A stretch of DNA of 64,000 nucleotides from a virus: positions 1 through 64,000 of the IMG/VR virus record IMGVR_UViG_3300042261_001186. One strand, given 5' to 3'. Position 1 is the stretch's first letter; each line of letters opens with the position of its first letter. Positions 31,300-40,813 of the stretch are shown here, one piece after another. A model generated the notes under the pieces. The model did no database searches. It saw only the letters and a program-made list of their open reading frames with translations, and was not told the origin of the DNA. Both the position numbers and the translations under genes were made by a program.

Positions 31300-33282
31300 A
31301 TGGCTACAAGAGTTAAAACAATAGAATTTGCAACAACAACAATAAATACAACTTTAGCTGCAGCTACAAATAGAGATTTAACTGGTTCAACATCTATTTA
31401 TATACCAGAAACAGGAGGAACTTTTGCATTTGTTTCAGTTATTCTTCAAGTAGAATGTACTGGAGATAATGCAGCATCAGCATCTTTAACTGCACCAACA
31501 TTGGGTATAACACTTGGTGCTGTTGCTATTAGTACAGCAGCTGGTACTAATCCTGTTGCAAATTCTGGTGAACAAGAAGAATGGACATTTACTAGAAATG
31601 TAACTAGTTATTTTACAACAAACTGGACAGGTACAAATATGGCTTGGTATACAAGAGTTAATTTTTCAGGTATTGCAACATGTAATCATTCTTCAAAAAT
31701 TATTATAACTTATCAATATGATGATGCTAATGCTGTAGATAGACAAATAAAAACTATTAGAATACCAATAGAATCTACAAGAACTTTATTAACAACAACA
31801 TATCAAACAATTGGTGGAGCAACAGCAATACCAGCATTGACAAATTTTGGTGCTTCACCATACTTACCTGAAACAGGTATAACAATCAGACAAATATTTT
31901 TAGAATTATGGGGACAATCTGGTATTGCCTCAACTGGACAATTTACTATCACAATAAGAATTAATGGTACTACTACAATAGCTTTAAGTAGAGCAGCAGT
32001 TACTTTGAATTCAGCCCCTTGGTATAGAATGACTGCAGATATTTCAGCATTAGATTTATCAGCTGCTAGATCATTAGAAGCAATAGTTTCAACAACAACA
32101 TCTAGAGTTTGTACATTTGGAGGTCAAATTGTAGTTACTTATGAATTTAATACTACAACAAGTACAACAATTTATAATAGTTTAATGTTAGGTGCAGTAG
32201 ATACTGCAGGTTGGATTGGTGGAACTACTGCTACAGATCAAGGTGTATGGGAAAGAAATATTTATATAGAAGAACCAGATACCATAACTTTCAAGGAAAG
32301 TGGATTGTGTCTATACCAAAATGATTCTGGTGGTTATACATTTAATGTTAGAGTTTCTGGAGATACAACTGAACAAACAACTGTTCAGGCTTATGTTAAT
32401 ACTGCTGGAACACTTCAATGTGGAAATTATTCAATGATACATAGGATAGATGCTGGAGGACAAAAAGGACAAAATGGTATATCTCTAGTTAGAGGTAAAA
32501 ATTTATATAGAGTTTGTTTTTATTCTGGTACAGCACAAGCTGGTTGGAATTTATCAGGATATTTAATATTAAATTATACATCAGGTAAACATCCAGATGG
32601 GGTAGGAGTACATGCACATAGTGTTTATCAACATGTTACAGATAATATTACAGCAGGTGGTTCAAGAGTAAATACATCTGCTACAGTAGCAGCAACAATA
32701 CCAGAAACATATTATTATTTATTAGGATATTTATTTTGGGTAAATTATAGTAGTATTGGAAATGGTACTACTGGTGGATTAGATATTGATTTTACTGTTG
32801 ATGCTGAAGTAATATCAACTGATCTAACACAAGGTGGTGATGGTTGGGTAACTTTATATAATGGGACAGCTAGAAATGATTCTGATAATATGAATGGTTA
32901 CATATATGCAGCAGCTCGTAATAATTTCACTAGATGGAATGGTGATACTGATTCTGAAAGATTAGATATAAAAACATCTAGAAAATATAGATTATCAACA
33001 GGTCCACTATGGACTGGTTCTATGGGATATTGGTACACATATAATGCTATATCATATGTAGTATCTGGAACATGTACTGGATATAGTGGAGATGGTAGTG
33101 GAATACCAGTTGATATTTATAGAGTTATATCCAGTTCTCAAGATGAAATGATATTAAATTTAACTACATCTGCAGGTGGGACATTTTCTGGATTTTGGAT
33201 AGATAATACAGATACATTATATGCAACAGCAAGACAAGATGATTCACATGTTGGTAGAAGTACAAATGGTATAGCAGGTTAA
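31300..33282 (+). CDS. Thr/Gly-rich putative tail/fibre-associated structural protein
   Basis: 660 aa, beta-rich composition, follows the fibre gene, AAATATATA upstream. Confidence 0.65.
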   Translation: MATRVKTIEFATTTINTTLAAATNRDLTGSTSIYIPETGGTFAFVSVILQVECTGDNAASASLTAPTLGITLGAVAISTAAGTNPVANSGEQEEWTFTRNVTSYFTTNWTGTNMAWYTRVNFSGIATCNHSSKIIITYQYDDANAVDRQIKTIRIPIESTRTLLTTTYQTIGGATAIPALTNFGASPYLPETGITIRQIFLELWGQSGIASTGQFTITIRINGTTTIALSRAAVTLNSAPWYRMTADISALDLSAARSLEAIVSTTTSRVCTFGGQIVVTYEFNTTTSTTIYNSLMLGAVDTAGWIGGTTATDQGVWERNIYIEEPDTITFKESGLCLYQNDSGGYTFNVRVSGDTTEQTTVQAYVNTAGTLQCGNYSMIHRIDAGGQKGQNGISLVRGKNLYRVCFYSGTAQAGWNLSGYLILNYTSGKHPDGVGVHAHSVYQHVTDNITAGGSRVNTSATVAATIPETYYYLLGYLFWVNYSSIGNGTTGGLDIDFTVDAEVISTDLTQGGDGWVTLYNGTARNDSDNMNGYIYAAARNNFTRWNGDTDSERLDIKTSRKYRLSTGPLWTGSMGYWYTYNAISYVVSGTCTGYSGDGSGIPVDIYRVISSSQDEMILNLTTSAGGTFSGFWIDNTDTLYATARQDDSHVGRSTNGIAG

Positions 33283-33432
33283 AAAAATAATTTAAAATGA
33301 TATGTTTAATATAGTTTTAAGAAATCCTAAAATAACAAGTAATTTTGATATAAAATTATCAGATGGTACTGTTGTTAGGAGAATATTTATGATAACGTAA
33401 AAAATCATATTTTTTAATTAATATATAAAGAT

Positions 33433-33957
33433 ATGAAAAAATTGAAAACTTTTGAAAGTTATGGAGACACTGGACATCAAGACCGTCCAAAGAATGACAA
33501 ATCATTAATTATGAAACATATAAATCATGAATATACTGATCATAATTCTGAACCAAGTCAATCTATAGATCCAATTAATGAAAAAATAAAGGTTATAGTA
33601 GGAAACATAGTAAAAACAAAAGTTTATTTCAAAATGCTTAGAGATACTACATCTCATGTATATAAAAATTTATTAGCTCAATATCCTAGAAATGTTGATG
33701 CTTTTACTGAAACAGTAACAAACAAAGATGTCATTCTTGGAGAATTGGTCGAAGGTGTTTATGATATAATAAATGAATCTGATACTATGAAAAGATTAGA
33801 AGATATGATTGATATTTTAGAACAAATAGAAACTTATACAGGTCAAGGAAATATAGACAGGATTTTAAAAGGTGAATTGAATATATATGAAGATGAAGAT
33901 GAAGGTGAAGAATCAGATATAGAAGATGAAGATGAAGGACTTCCAGGTGAAGGTTAA
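33433..33957 (+). CDS. Putative internal head protein, acidic tail
   Basis: Leader MKKLKTFES; weak paralogy to 33972..34322 (IV.NIVK.K....M..DT..H). Confidence 0.72.
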   Translation: MKKLKTFESYGDTGHQDRPKNDKSLIMKHINHEYTDHNSEPSQSIDPINEKIKVIVGNIVKTKVYFKMLRDTTSHVYKNLLAQYPRNVDAFTETVTNKDVILGELVEGVYDIINESDTMKRLEDMIDILEQIETYTGQGNIDRILKGELNIYEDEDEGEESDIEDEDEGLPGEG

Positions 33958-33971
33958 AAAACAAAAAGAAT

Positions 33972-34322
33972 ATGAAAAAACTCAAGACTTACAATAGATT
34001 CGATTTGAAAGAAGCTGTCACAAGACCTTCAGATTTAAGTGCTTTAGATGTATTAATAGAAAACATTGTAAAGAAAAAGAATTTAATTTTAATGATGAAT
34101 GATACTTTTAATCATATTAGTGATGAAATAAAAAGTGTTATGCCAAGTGATATGAGTGAATTTATGCAAAGTTTGGGTAAAGAAGAAAGACAAATATGGA
34201 AAACTATAGAGTCTTTAAATGATTTAATGGTAGATGGATACCCTAGTATAAAAGATTCTTTTGAAGAAGTGATAGATGATATTAAGATATTAGAAAAACA
34301 TTTAACAAAAAAAGGTAGATAA
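33972..34322 (+). CDS. Putative internal head protein
   Basis: Leader MKKLKTYNRFDLKE; paralog of the preceding gene. Confidence 0.7.
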   Translation: MKKLKTYNRFDLKEAVTRPSDLSALDVLIENIVKKKNLILMMNDTFNHISDEIKSVMPSDMSEFMQSLGKEERQIWKTIESLNDLMVDGYPSIKDSFEEVIDDIKILEKHLTKKGR

Positions 34323-34324
34323 AA

Positions 34325-34663
34325 ATGACATTGACTTTTAATAAATATTTTGAAAATCATTCTGATGTTGACACATATAGTGAAGAAAATTGGGACAACT
34401 ATGATGAACAAAAAATAACAAGTAGATATAATATTTATCTGTGTGTTAGGGATAACCAAGATTTTGCAGCTGGACATGTGTACATTGTTGTTGGAATAAA
34501 TCAAAATGTGATAGGGCCGAATATAGTTGATACTAGAGTAAAGGTTAAAGGATTGATGGCAGATGAATATATAAATATAGATTTTAATGCTGGTGAAGAC
34601 CCTTATAGAAGAGCTTTAGCTAATGGATCATTAATTTATATAGGAAAATTAGATGAATTTTAA
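34325..34663 (+). CDS. Putative internal head protein with N-terminal tag variant
   Basis: MTLTFNKYFENHSDVDTYSEENW. Confidence 0.7.
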   Translation: MTLTFNKYFENHSDVDTYSEENWDNYDEQKITSRYNIYLCVRDNQDFAAGHVYIVVGINQNVIGPNIVDTRVKVKGLMADEYINIDFNAGEDPYRRALANGSLIYIGKLDEF

Positions 34664-35009
34664 TATGATAACAAAATTTAATAAATATGAGAAAATATTT
34701 GAGAGTCTCCCAAGACAATCAACTGTCGATCAATTAAAAAGGATAAGACAAGAGATAAACAAATCTCAAAACATAAAAGTTGGTCCTGAAGAATCCACTA
34801 TGAGTGGTGATGTTGGTGACAGAGTAATAGATGATTTGGTTAAACATAAAGGTAAACAAGAAATGAATAATCTATTTTGGTGGGATAATCCATTAGATAG
34901 AAAAATTGATTCTTATGAGACTTTTGTGAAAGATGATTCAAGAACATCTCTTGGTTATACAACTAAAGGTGACCCAATTAAACATAGGGGAACTGATTAT
35001 AAAAATTAA
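34653..35009 (+). CDS. Putative internal head protein
   Basis: Likely start MITKFNKYEKIFES (34665). Confidence 0.68.
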   Translation: MNFNMITKFNKYEKIFESLPRQSTVDQLKRIRQEINKSQNIKVGPEESTMSGDVGDRVIDDLVKHKGKQEMNNLFWWDNPLDRKIDSYETFVKDDSRTSLGYTTKGDPIKHRGTDYKN

Positions 35010-35019
35010 TTAATGAATT

Positions 35020-35394
35020 ATGAAAAATTTAAAAACTATGGATGAATTTATAAATGAAGGTTTTTCTAACATATTTGGAGGTAAGACCAATTATGATTTA
35101 CTAAAAATTATAAATGTTCAATTGGATGAAGTTGAAAAAAACGCTAAGTTAAATTTAACTATGTATAAAGAATTTGATATATTTAACAAATCTTTTCTTG
35201 CTGCAATAGATACAATAAACTCTTTTAATGTGAAACCTGATAATTCATATTATAAAGATGTTCATCAAGCAATAGATAAATTATATTCTTTAGTTCCATT
35301 CAAAGGAAGTAATCCTATGGCTTGGAAAAAAACAGTTGAAAAATTTAATAAAATGACATTAAAATATAATTCACATAAAAATTTAAGATGGTAA
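35020..35394 (+). CDS. Putative internal head protein
   Basis: Leader MKNLKTMDEFINE. Confidence 0.7.
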   Translation: MKNLKTMDEFINEGFSNIFGGKTNYDLLKIINVQLDEVEKNAKLNLTMYKEFDIFNKSFLAAIDTINSFNVKPDNSYYKDVHQAIDKLYSLVPFKGSNPMAWKKTVEKFNKMTLKYNSHKNLRW

Positions 35395-36584
35395 TAAAAA
35401 AAAACATAAACAAAATGATAAAAAATTACAAAAACTTCATAGGTGAAAGTGTAGAAAATAAAGGAAAAGGTCCAGGTAATAATGATTTGTTTCCTTCAAC
35501 TCCTTTTAAACAAACTTTAAATCGTCCAAATCAAACAATGGATTTTTTAAGAGTTGGTAAACATATTTTAACTAGTAAAATAGATGGTTTCATTGATAGT
35601 GTTCAAAATGAAAACATTTTTATAACAGATAGACTTACTGGTGAAATAAAAAAATATACACTAAAGGAAGTTTTGAGAGAAATGACCAAAGCAAAACCAG
35701 TCGAAGGTAAAAATACACCAGTTGAAGGTTTTACTGGAACACCAAGATGGGCTCAAAAACCAACATTGGTAAAAGAAAAAATAGAGGCTGTCCATACCAT
35801 ATTGACTCCAGAAGATGAATTAGATGGTGAAATAAGTGAAGATGAAATGAATGAATATATAAATAAAGTTAATAAAAGAAATGATACAAGATTTAAATAT
35901 ACTGAAGAAGATGAGTTTGGAGAACATTCAGATGAAAATTTTGGTTTAAATACCCATCATGGAATGTACAGAAATGAAGACTACCCTCAATACACACCTA
36001 GTGTTGGAAATGATGATGATGAAGAATTATCTGGAGATACATACAATCCTGGTTTACTAAGTGATGCTGATGTCAATTCACCTATATATGATAAAGTTGA
36101 AATAGAAGAAAATGAAATAGATGAAAGATTTAGACCATCATCATTAGCTGATGATATGGCTTATAAAAGTGGTAAAGAAAAACTAAAAAAATTTGGAATA
36201 GATTTAGATGAAGAAGATGAAGGTGAAGAAGGTATAGATAATTTTATATTTGGAAAAAAACCTAAAAGAAATAGAGGCACAGAAGACAACCCTGAAGGTA
36301 ATACAAATCCTATAAGTGAAAGTTGGAACAAATACTGGGAAACCTTTGATCCATTAAGAGAAAGACTTGAAGAAGAAGATTATGAAGATGTTATGGATAT
36401 AAACCCTGATATATTTGAAGAAGAAAAAGAAGAAGAGGAATATGAAGAACCAGAAGGATCAGAAGACAATCCAATTCAAATGAGAAAAAGATTGAAAATA
36501 GAAGACTATTCTGAAGACAATCCAGAACCACAATATGGTGATGATAGGTTTGATCAATTTGGATTCAATGAAAATCAAGAATAA
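35388..36584 (+). CDS. Highly acidic, low-complexity putative head core protein
   Basis: Likely start at 35415, MIKNYKNFIGES; D/E-rich with repeated EDNP. Confidence 0.72.
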   Translation: MVIKKNINKMIKNYKNFIGESVENKGKGPGNNDLFPSTPFKQTLNRPNQTMDFLRVGKHILTSKIDGFIDSVQNENIFITDRLTGEIKKYTLKEVLREMTKAKPVEGKNTPVEGFTGTPRWAQKPTLVKEKIEAVHTILTPEDELDGEISEDEMNEYINKVNKRNDTRFKYTEEDEFGEHSDENFGLNTHHGMYRNEDYPQYTPSVGNDDDEELSGDTYNPGLLSDADVNSPIYDKVEIEENEIDERFRPSSLADDMAYKSGKEKLKKFGIDLDEEDEGEEGIDNFIFGKKPKRNRGTEDNPEGNTNPISESWNKYWETFDPLRERLEEEDYEDVMDINPDIFEEEKEEEEYEEPEGSEDNPIQMRKRLKIEDYSEDNPEPQYGDDRFDQFGFNENQE

Positions 36585-36587
36585 ATT

Positions 36588-36740
36588 ATGAAATATTTAA
36601 AACTTTTTGAAGCTGATATTGAAGAAGATGAATATGAAGGTAATGTTGATATGAATAAACACATGTTGATACATGCCTTAGAAACATTGTTTCATTCTTG
36701 GGGTGGAGACACACCACCTGGAAAATTCTTAACAAAATAA
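36588..36740 (+). CDS. Small leader-bearing protein (50 aa, absent from ORF track)
   Basis: MKYLKLFEADIEEDEYEG...WGGDTPPGKFLTK*. Confidence 0.6.
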   Translation: MKYLKLFEADIEEDEYEGNVDMNKHMLIHALETLFHSWGGDTPPGKFLTK

Positions 36741-36750
36741 TTTTTTAAAA

Positions 36751-37482
36751 ATGAGAAACCTAAAACATAGATTAGATTATATAAGAGAGGAATTGAAAGA
36801 TTATAAAGATGTTGATGATTGGTTAAAAAAATCTGAATGGAAACCTCTTAAACATGAAAAACGCATCCCTTTATCACAAGTGGAAAAACTCTGTTATGAT
36901 GCATTTGTAATAGGTTCTAAAGGTGATATGAGTTTTAAAACTTGGTGGAGTGACCAAAAATTGAATGAAAATATGTTACCAAAACAACCTATCAAAAAAG
37001 TTAAATGTTTAGAATGTGGAGAAAGTGTTTGTGATAATTTAGGTTACAAAATAGGACATTTATATAACAGACATAATTGTAAACCAAGTGTTGATGATTA
37101 CATTGCAAAAAATATGTTGAAAAAATATTTCCCTTCTATTGTAAAGGAATCTAATTCTTCTAAGTATAATTGGATGCAACATCCAGATTATCCAGAACCA
37201 CCTGTTCTTAATGAAACAATTACTAACCCTGATGTTGATCCTTATGGTGAAGAGAATTGGGGACCAACAAAAAGATATAAAGTTTACAAAACTGTTTATG
37301 AAAGATCTCGTGTAGAATATGTTGGTTATGTTGATGCAGAAAATGAAGAAGAAGCAATCAACAAAAGTGATTACATTACTAATTGGGAACAATATAATAA
37401 TGATATAATAAATGAAGATATTGAAAATATAACTGCTGTTGAAACAGATGATGAAGTGATATATTTTCAAAATGGTAATTAA
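36751..37482 (+). CDS. Multi-module putative internal protein with C2H2-like Zn finger and DPYGEENW tag
   Basis: CLECG...HLYNRH; modules separated by LNE/VKES/LNE; DVDPYGEENW. Confidence 0.7.
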   Translation: MRNLKHRLDYIREELKDYKDVDDWLKKSEWKPLKHEKRIPLSQVEKLCYDAFVIGSKGDMSFKTWWSDQKLNENMLPKQPIKKVKCLECGESVCDNLGYKIGHLYNRHNCKPSVDDYIAKNMLKKYFPSIVKESNSSKYNWMQHPDYPEPPVLNETITNPDVDPYGEENWGPTKRYKVYKTVYERSRVEYVGYVDAENEEEAINKSDYITNWEQYNNDIINEDIENITAVETDDEVIYFQNGN

Positions 37483-37487
37483 AATAT

Positions 37488-37566
37488 ACAGCGTGACTTA
37501 GGACCGCCTGTTATGACTTCGGTCATTTTTATAAAACTCGGGAATTCGCTGCTCCCGGGTTTTTTT
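37488..37566 (+). ncRNA. Candidate structured cis-regulatory RNA upstream of DNA polymerase
   Basis: GC-rich island: ACAGCG/CGCCTGT stem, ATGAC-TTCG-GTCAT (cUUCGg) hairpin, then CTCGGGA/TCCCGGG-T7 hairpin whose loop CGCTG complements CAGCG. Confidence 0.5.
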
Positions 37567-37620
37567 ATTAAACATATTTCCGTTTTTTTTCTATAAACAT
37601 AAATTAAATCTTATTTATTA

Positions 37621-39132
37621 ATGGTTGTAGATTTCGAATATTCGAATAAAATTCTAAAAGTATCTTATATTGGGGAAAATGGTAATGTAAAAATGAAACA
37701 TTACAATTGGCCTAATCCTCAAAAATATGTTGTCTGTCCCGATGATGATAGAGATAAAAGTGGTAAATATACCACATGGGATGGTAATGCAGTTAAATTA
37801 GTCTACACTAGAAATCCAGATAGATATTCAGTTTATGATTACTTAGATAGTTTACCTGAAGAAGAACAAGAAGTAATCTTCAAATATAATGAACCAGAAA
37901 TATTCTTCATAGATATTGAAAATGAAATTTTAGATTCAAAACCTACCCCTCAATTAGCACAAGGTGCAATTCAATCCATTTCAATAGTTGTTAGAAATAA
38001 AGTCCTTGTTATGGGAACAAGTGACTTATCTAAAGACCAAGAGAAATCAATAAGAGAAGATATCAATAATTATTTTGCCAAATTCAATACAGATTATGAT
38101 TTCAAATTTATAAGATATAAGAATGAGTATGATATGATGCTCAACTTCTTTGAAAAATATGTACCTAAAATGCCAGTGGTTACTGGATGGAATTTCACAG
38201 AATATGACTGGGTCTATTTAGTTAATAGGGCTAGGAAAATTGGAGTTGATCCAACTGCAGCATCTTTAACTAGAGTTTTGAAACAACCATTCAATAAGAT
38301 GAACAAAAAGAAAAACCAAAAAGAATCTTTTTGTGAACATCCAGCACATAAAATAGTTGTGGATTATATGGAATTGTATGAAAAATACAATTCCACAATT
38401 AAAATCAAAGAATCAAATAGTTTGGATTTTGTCGCAGATGGTATTCTTGGAGTTAAGAAAGTTAACTATGAAGGCTCATTAAAAACATTGATAAACAGCG
38501 ATTACAAGAAGTTTATCTTCTATAATGCTGTTGACTCTATTCTTGTACAGAAAATACATGAAACAACTAAATGGGTTGATATTCTTTATGGTATTTCTAC
38601 ACTTTCTAAAATCAAAATACTTGATGCTTATTCTACTTTACCTGTAACAGAAGGTATTCTTAGAAGGAAATTAAAGAAAGAGAAGAATGTTATACTTTGT
38701 AAACTTGAAAGAGATTTTACAAATGACACCTTGATAATGGAAGCAGAAAGAGGTGTTAAGGGTGGTTGGGTTAAAGACCCAGTTAAAGGTATGGCAATGT
38801 GGGTGGCTTGTTATGACTTTTCATCACTTTATCCTACAACCATAAGACAATTCAACATTTCTGCTGATTCATATAAAGGTATTTTATCTCCAACAAAAGA
38901 CTTTGCTGTTTTCAATGGACATAGAGTTGAATTGGAAGATGGAGACATAGTTCTTTTGAATGGTACTGTGTTCAAAAATGAAGTGGGTATAATCAACCAA
39001 ACGATGACCGACATCTTTGCTGATAGGAGAAGGTACAAAGGGTATATGAATTTTGAACATGAGGACCTAGAGGCCTTTAAAAAGGATTTAAAGATAGCCG
39101 AGGAAGAGTTGTTATCCTGCTTACAGAATTAA
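37621..39132 (+). CDS. Family B DNA polymerase, N-terminal subunit (split gp43A-like)
   Basis: Exo I DIENE, Exo II GWNFTEYD, Exo III YNAVD, GGWV..P, motif A YDFSSLYP; ends after the first fingers helix with no motif B/C. Confidence 0.9.
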   Translation: MVVDFEYSNKILKVSYIGENGNVKMKHYNWPNPQKYVVCPDDDRDKSGKYTTWDGNAVKLVYTRNPDRYSVYDYLDSLPEEEQEVIFKYNEPEIFFIDIENEILDSKPTPQLAQGAIQSISIVVRNKVLVMGTSDLSKDQEKSIREDINNYFAKFNTDYDFKFIRYKNEYDMMLNFFEKYVPKMPVVTGWNFTEYDWVYLVNRARKIGVDPTAASLTRVLKQPFNKMNKKKNQKESFCEHPAHKIVVDYMELYEKYNSTIKIKESNSLDFVADGILGVKKVNYEGSLKTLINSDYKKFIFYNAVDSILVQKIHETTKWVDILYGISTLSKIKILDAYSTLPVTEGILRRKLKKEKNVILCKLERDFTNDTLIMEAERGVKGGWVKDPVKGMAMWVACYDFSSLYPTTIRQFNISADSYKGILSPTKDFAVFNGHRVELEDGDIVLLNGTVFKNEVGIINQTMTDIFADRRRYKGYMNFEHEDLEAFKKDLKIAEEELLSCLQN

Positions 39133-39134
39133 AT

Positions 39135-39163
39135 AAAAAACCCAGATTTTAGTCTGGGTTTTT
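39135..39163. terminator. Bidirectional intrinsic terminator
   Basis: A6-CCCAGA-TTTTAG-TCTGGG-T5. Confidence 0.8.
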
Positions 39164-39165
39164 CT

Positions 39166-39303
39166 TTAGATTTGTGTTAGATAATTTAGTTTCATCCATT
39201 CCTTGTAAGTGAGGGAAATGTCACCTCTCTTAAATTCAGAATAACTATCCAAATAGAATTGATCATCTTTGTTTTCTTTGTACCACTTATTAAATCCTTT
39301 CAT
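39166..39303 (-). CDS. Small hypothetical protein (45 aa)
   Basis: MKGFNKWYKENKDDQFYLDSY...; lies between rtcB and the terminator. Confidence 0.5.
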   Translation of the reverse strand: MKGFNKWYKENKDDQFYLDSYSEFKRGDISLTYKEWMKLNYLTQI

Positions 39304-39321
39304 ATAAATTGTTTTTAAATG

Positions 39322-40758
39322 TTAGTATTTACCTCTTGCTTCTCTTGATTTCTTACGATCTCTACGGAAGTCTTTTTCTTTATCAGTACGGTATTTCTGA
39401 ACTATTTCATCTTTCCTACCTTTTTTCTGTAAGTCTTTCTTTTCTTTCCAAGAAATTGCTTTACCTGTATCTTTAACATTCCAGATAGGTTTTATCCTAT
39501 CAAGTATAGTTGCAGTAGGTTCAATCAATTTCTCAATAACTTCAGAATTTTTGTAAGCAAAAACTGATTCATCCAAAGTTTCCTTGCAAACAGATGTTGT
39601 GTAGATACCTTTCATAGTTTCCTTGACTTGTTCTACAGTAACCATCTCTTTTGCTTTGGAACGTGACCATTTCCTACCTGAACCATGAGGACCACTAAAT
39701 AAAAAATCTGGATTTGATTTACCTTCACATATTAAGATACCATCTTTTTGATTAAATGGTATAATCATTTTCTGTCCAGTATAAGATGCAATTGCCCCTT
39801 TCCTTATAATCATATCTTTTGGGTCAATATAATTATGTATGGTTGAAATAATTTCATCAAATTTCACGATACCAATAATATCTTTAATAATATTTAACAT
39901 TGCCATTCTGTTCCATTCTGCATATTTTTGAGCAAATATCATATCAAACATATAATTAATCATATTTTCACCTACTAAATATTCTTTATTAACACCTAAT
40001 TTATATTTTTCTTTTAATTCTTGAATTTTTTTAGGTATTAAATTCATTGGAAAAGTATTCAATTTAATATCATCTAATTCTTTGTTATAAACATCTGGTG
40101 TGACAGACATTTGAGATTTAGCTACATTGGACCAATAATCATATATTTTTAAACCAAAATTTCTAGAACCTGAATGAATAGTAATCCAATAATCACCATT
40201 AGAATCAATACCAAGTTCCTGGAAATGATTTCCAGATCCGAGAGTCCCTATGGCATTCCAAAATTTATTTTCTTCAATTTTAATATCTTTTAATTTTTTG
40301 GATAACCATTTTTCATTGTATGTTGGTGCAATATATAATGTACCAAATTTTTTATTATATTCAGTTACAAAATTATCTGCAACCATTTGTACTTCATCAA
40401 AAGGAATATCAGTGAAAACTGGATTTTGATTAACATTGAATCCCATAGGTATTGAATTTTTAACATCAATATCAAATTGTTTCAAGTCTAATTTATATGT
40501 TCTTGAAAATTTAGCTGATAACATCCCACAACCAAGATCGCACCCAATGTGGGCTGGGTTTAACATTGTGTTGTTTAATGGCATACAAAATCCAATAACT
40601 ATTGATTTCCCAACATGTGTATCACATTGAATCCTTATTGGAACACCTTCAGAAACAGGTTGATCTAAAATAGCTTGAATTAAAGAATATGCTTCCAATT
40701 CAACATCATCTGTTAATATTTTACAATCTTTGTTATATTTACCTTTTAATTCTATCAT
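39322..40758 (-). CDS. rtcB: RtcB RNA ligase
   Basis: DTHVG, GCDLGCGM, GTLGSGNHF, IHSGSR, HNYID, RKGA, HGSGR, DES..AYK. Confidence 0.95.
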   Translation of the reverse strand: MIELKGKYNKDCKILTDDVELEAYSLIQAILDQPVSEGVPIRIQCDTHVGKSIVIGFCMPLNNTMLNPAHIGCDLGCGMLSAKFSRTYKLDLKQFDIDVKNSIPMGFNVNQNPVFTDIPFDEVQMVADNFVTEYNKKFGTLYIAPTYNEKWLSKKLKDIKIEENKFWNAIGTLGSGNHFQELGIDSNGDYWITIHSGSRNFGLKIYDYWSNVAKSQMSVTPDVYNKELDDIKLNTFPMNLIPKKIQELKEKYKLGVNKEYLVGENMINYMFDMIFAQKYAEWNRMAMLNIIKDIIGIVKFDEIISTIHNYIDPKDMIIRKGAIASYTGQKMIIPFNQKDGILICEGKSNPDFLFSGPHGSGRKWSRSKAKEMVTVEQVKETMKGIYTTSVCKETLDESVFAYKNSEVIEKLIEPTATILDRIKPIWNVKDTGKAISWKEKKDLQKKGRKDEIVQKYRTDKEKDFRRDRKKSREARGKY

Positions 40759-40778
40759 AATGGTTTTCTCCTATAATG

Positions 40779-40786
40779 CAAAATTA
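40779..40786 (-). promoter_or_regulatory. Bacteroidota-type -7 promoter element (TAnnTTTG)
   Basis: TAATTTTG(C) 20 nt upstream of the rtcB start. Confidence 0.55.
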
Positions 40787-40813
40787 CAAAATATTTATAA
40801 CATAAAAAAATAA

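Noticed and set aside
20096-33282. Diversity-generating retroelement targeting the fibre
   Set aside because: No reverse transcriptase or adenine-specific TR/VR pair seen in the window
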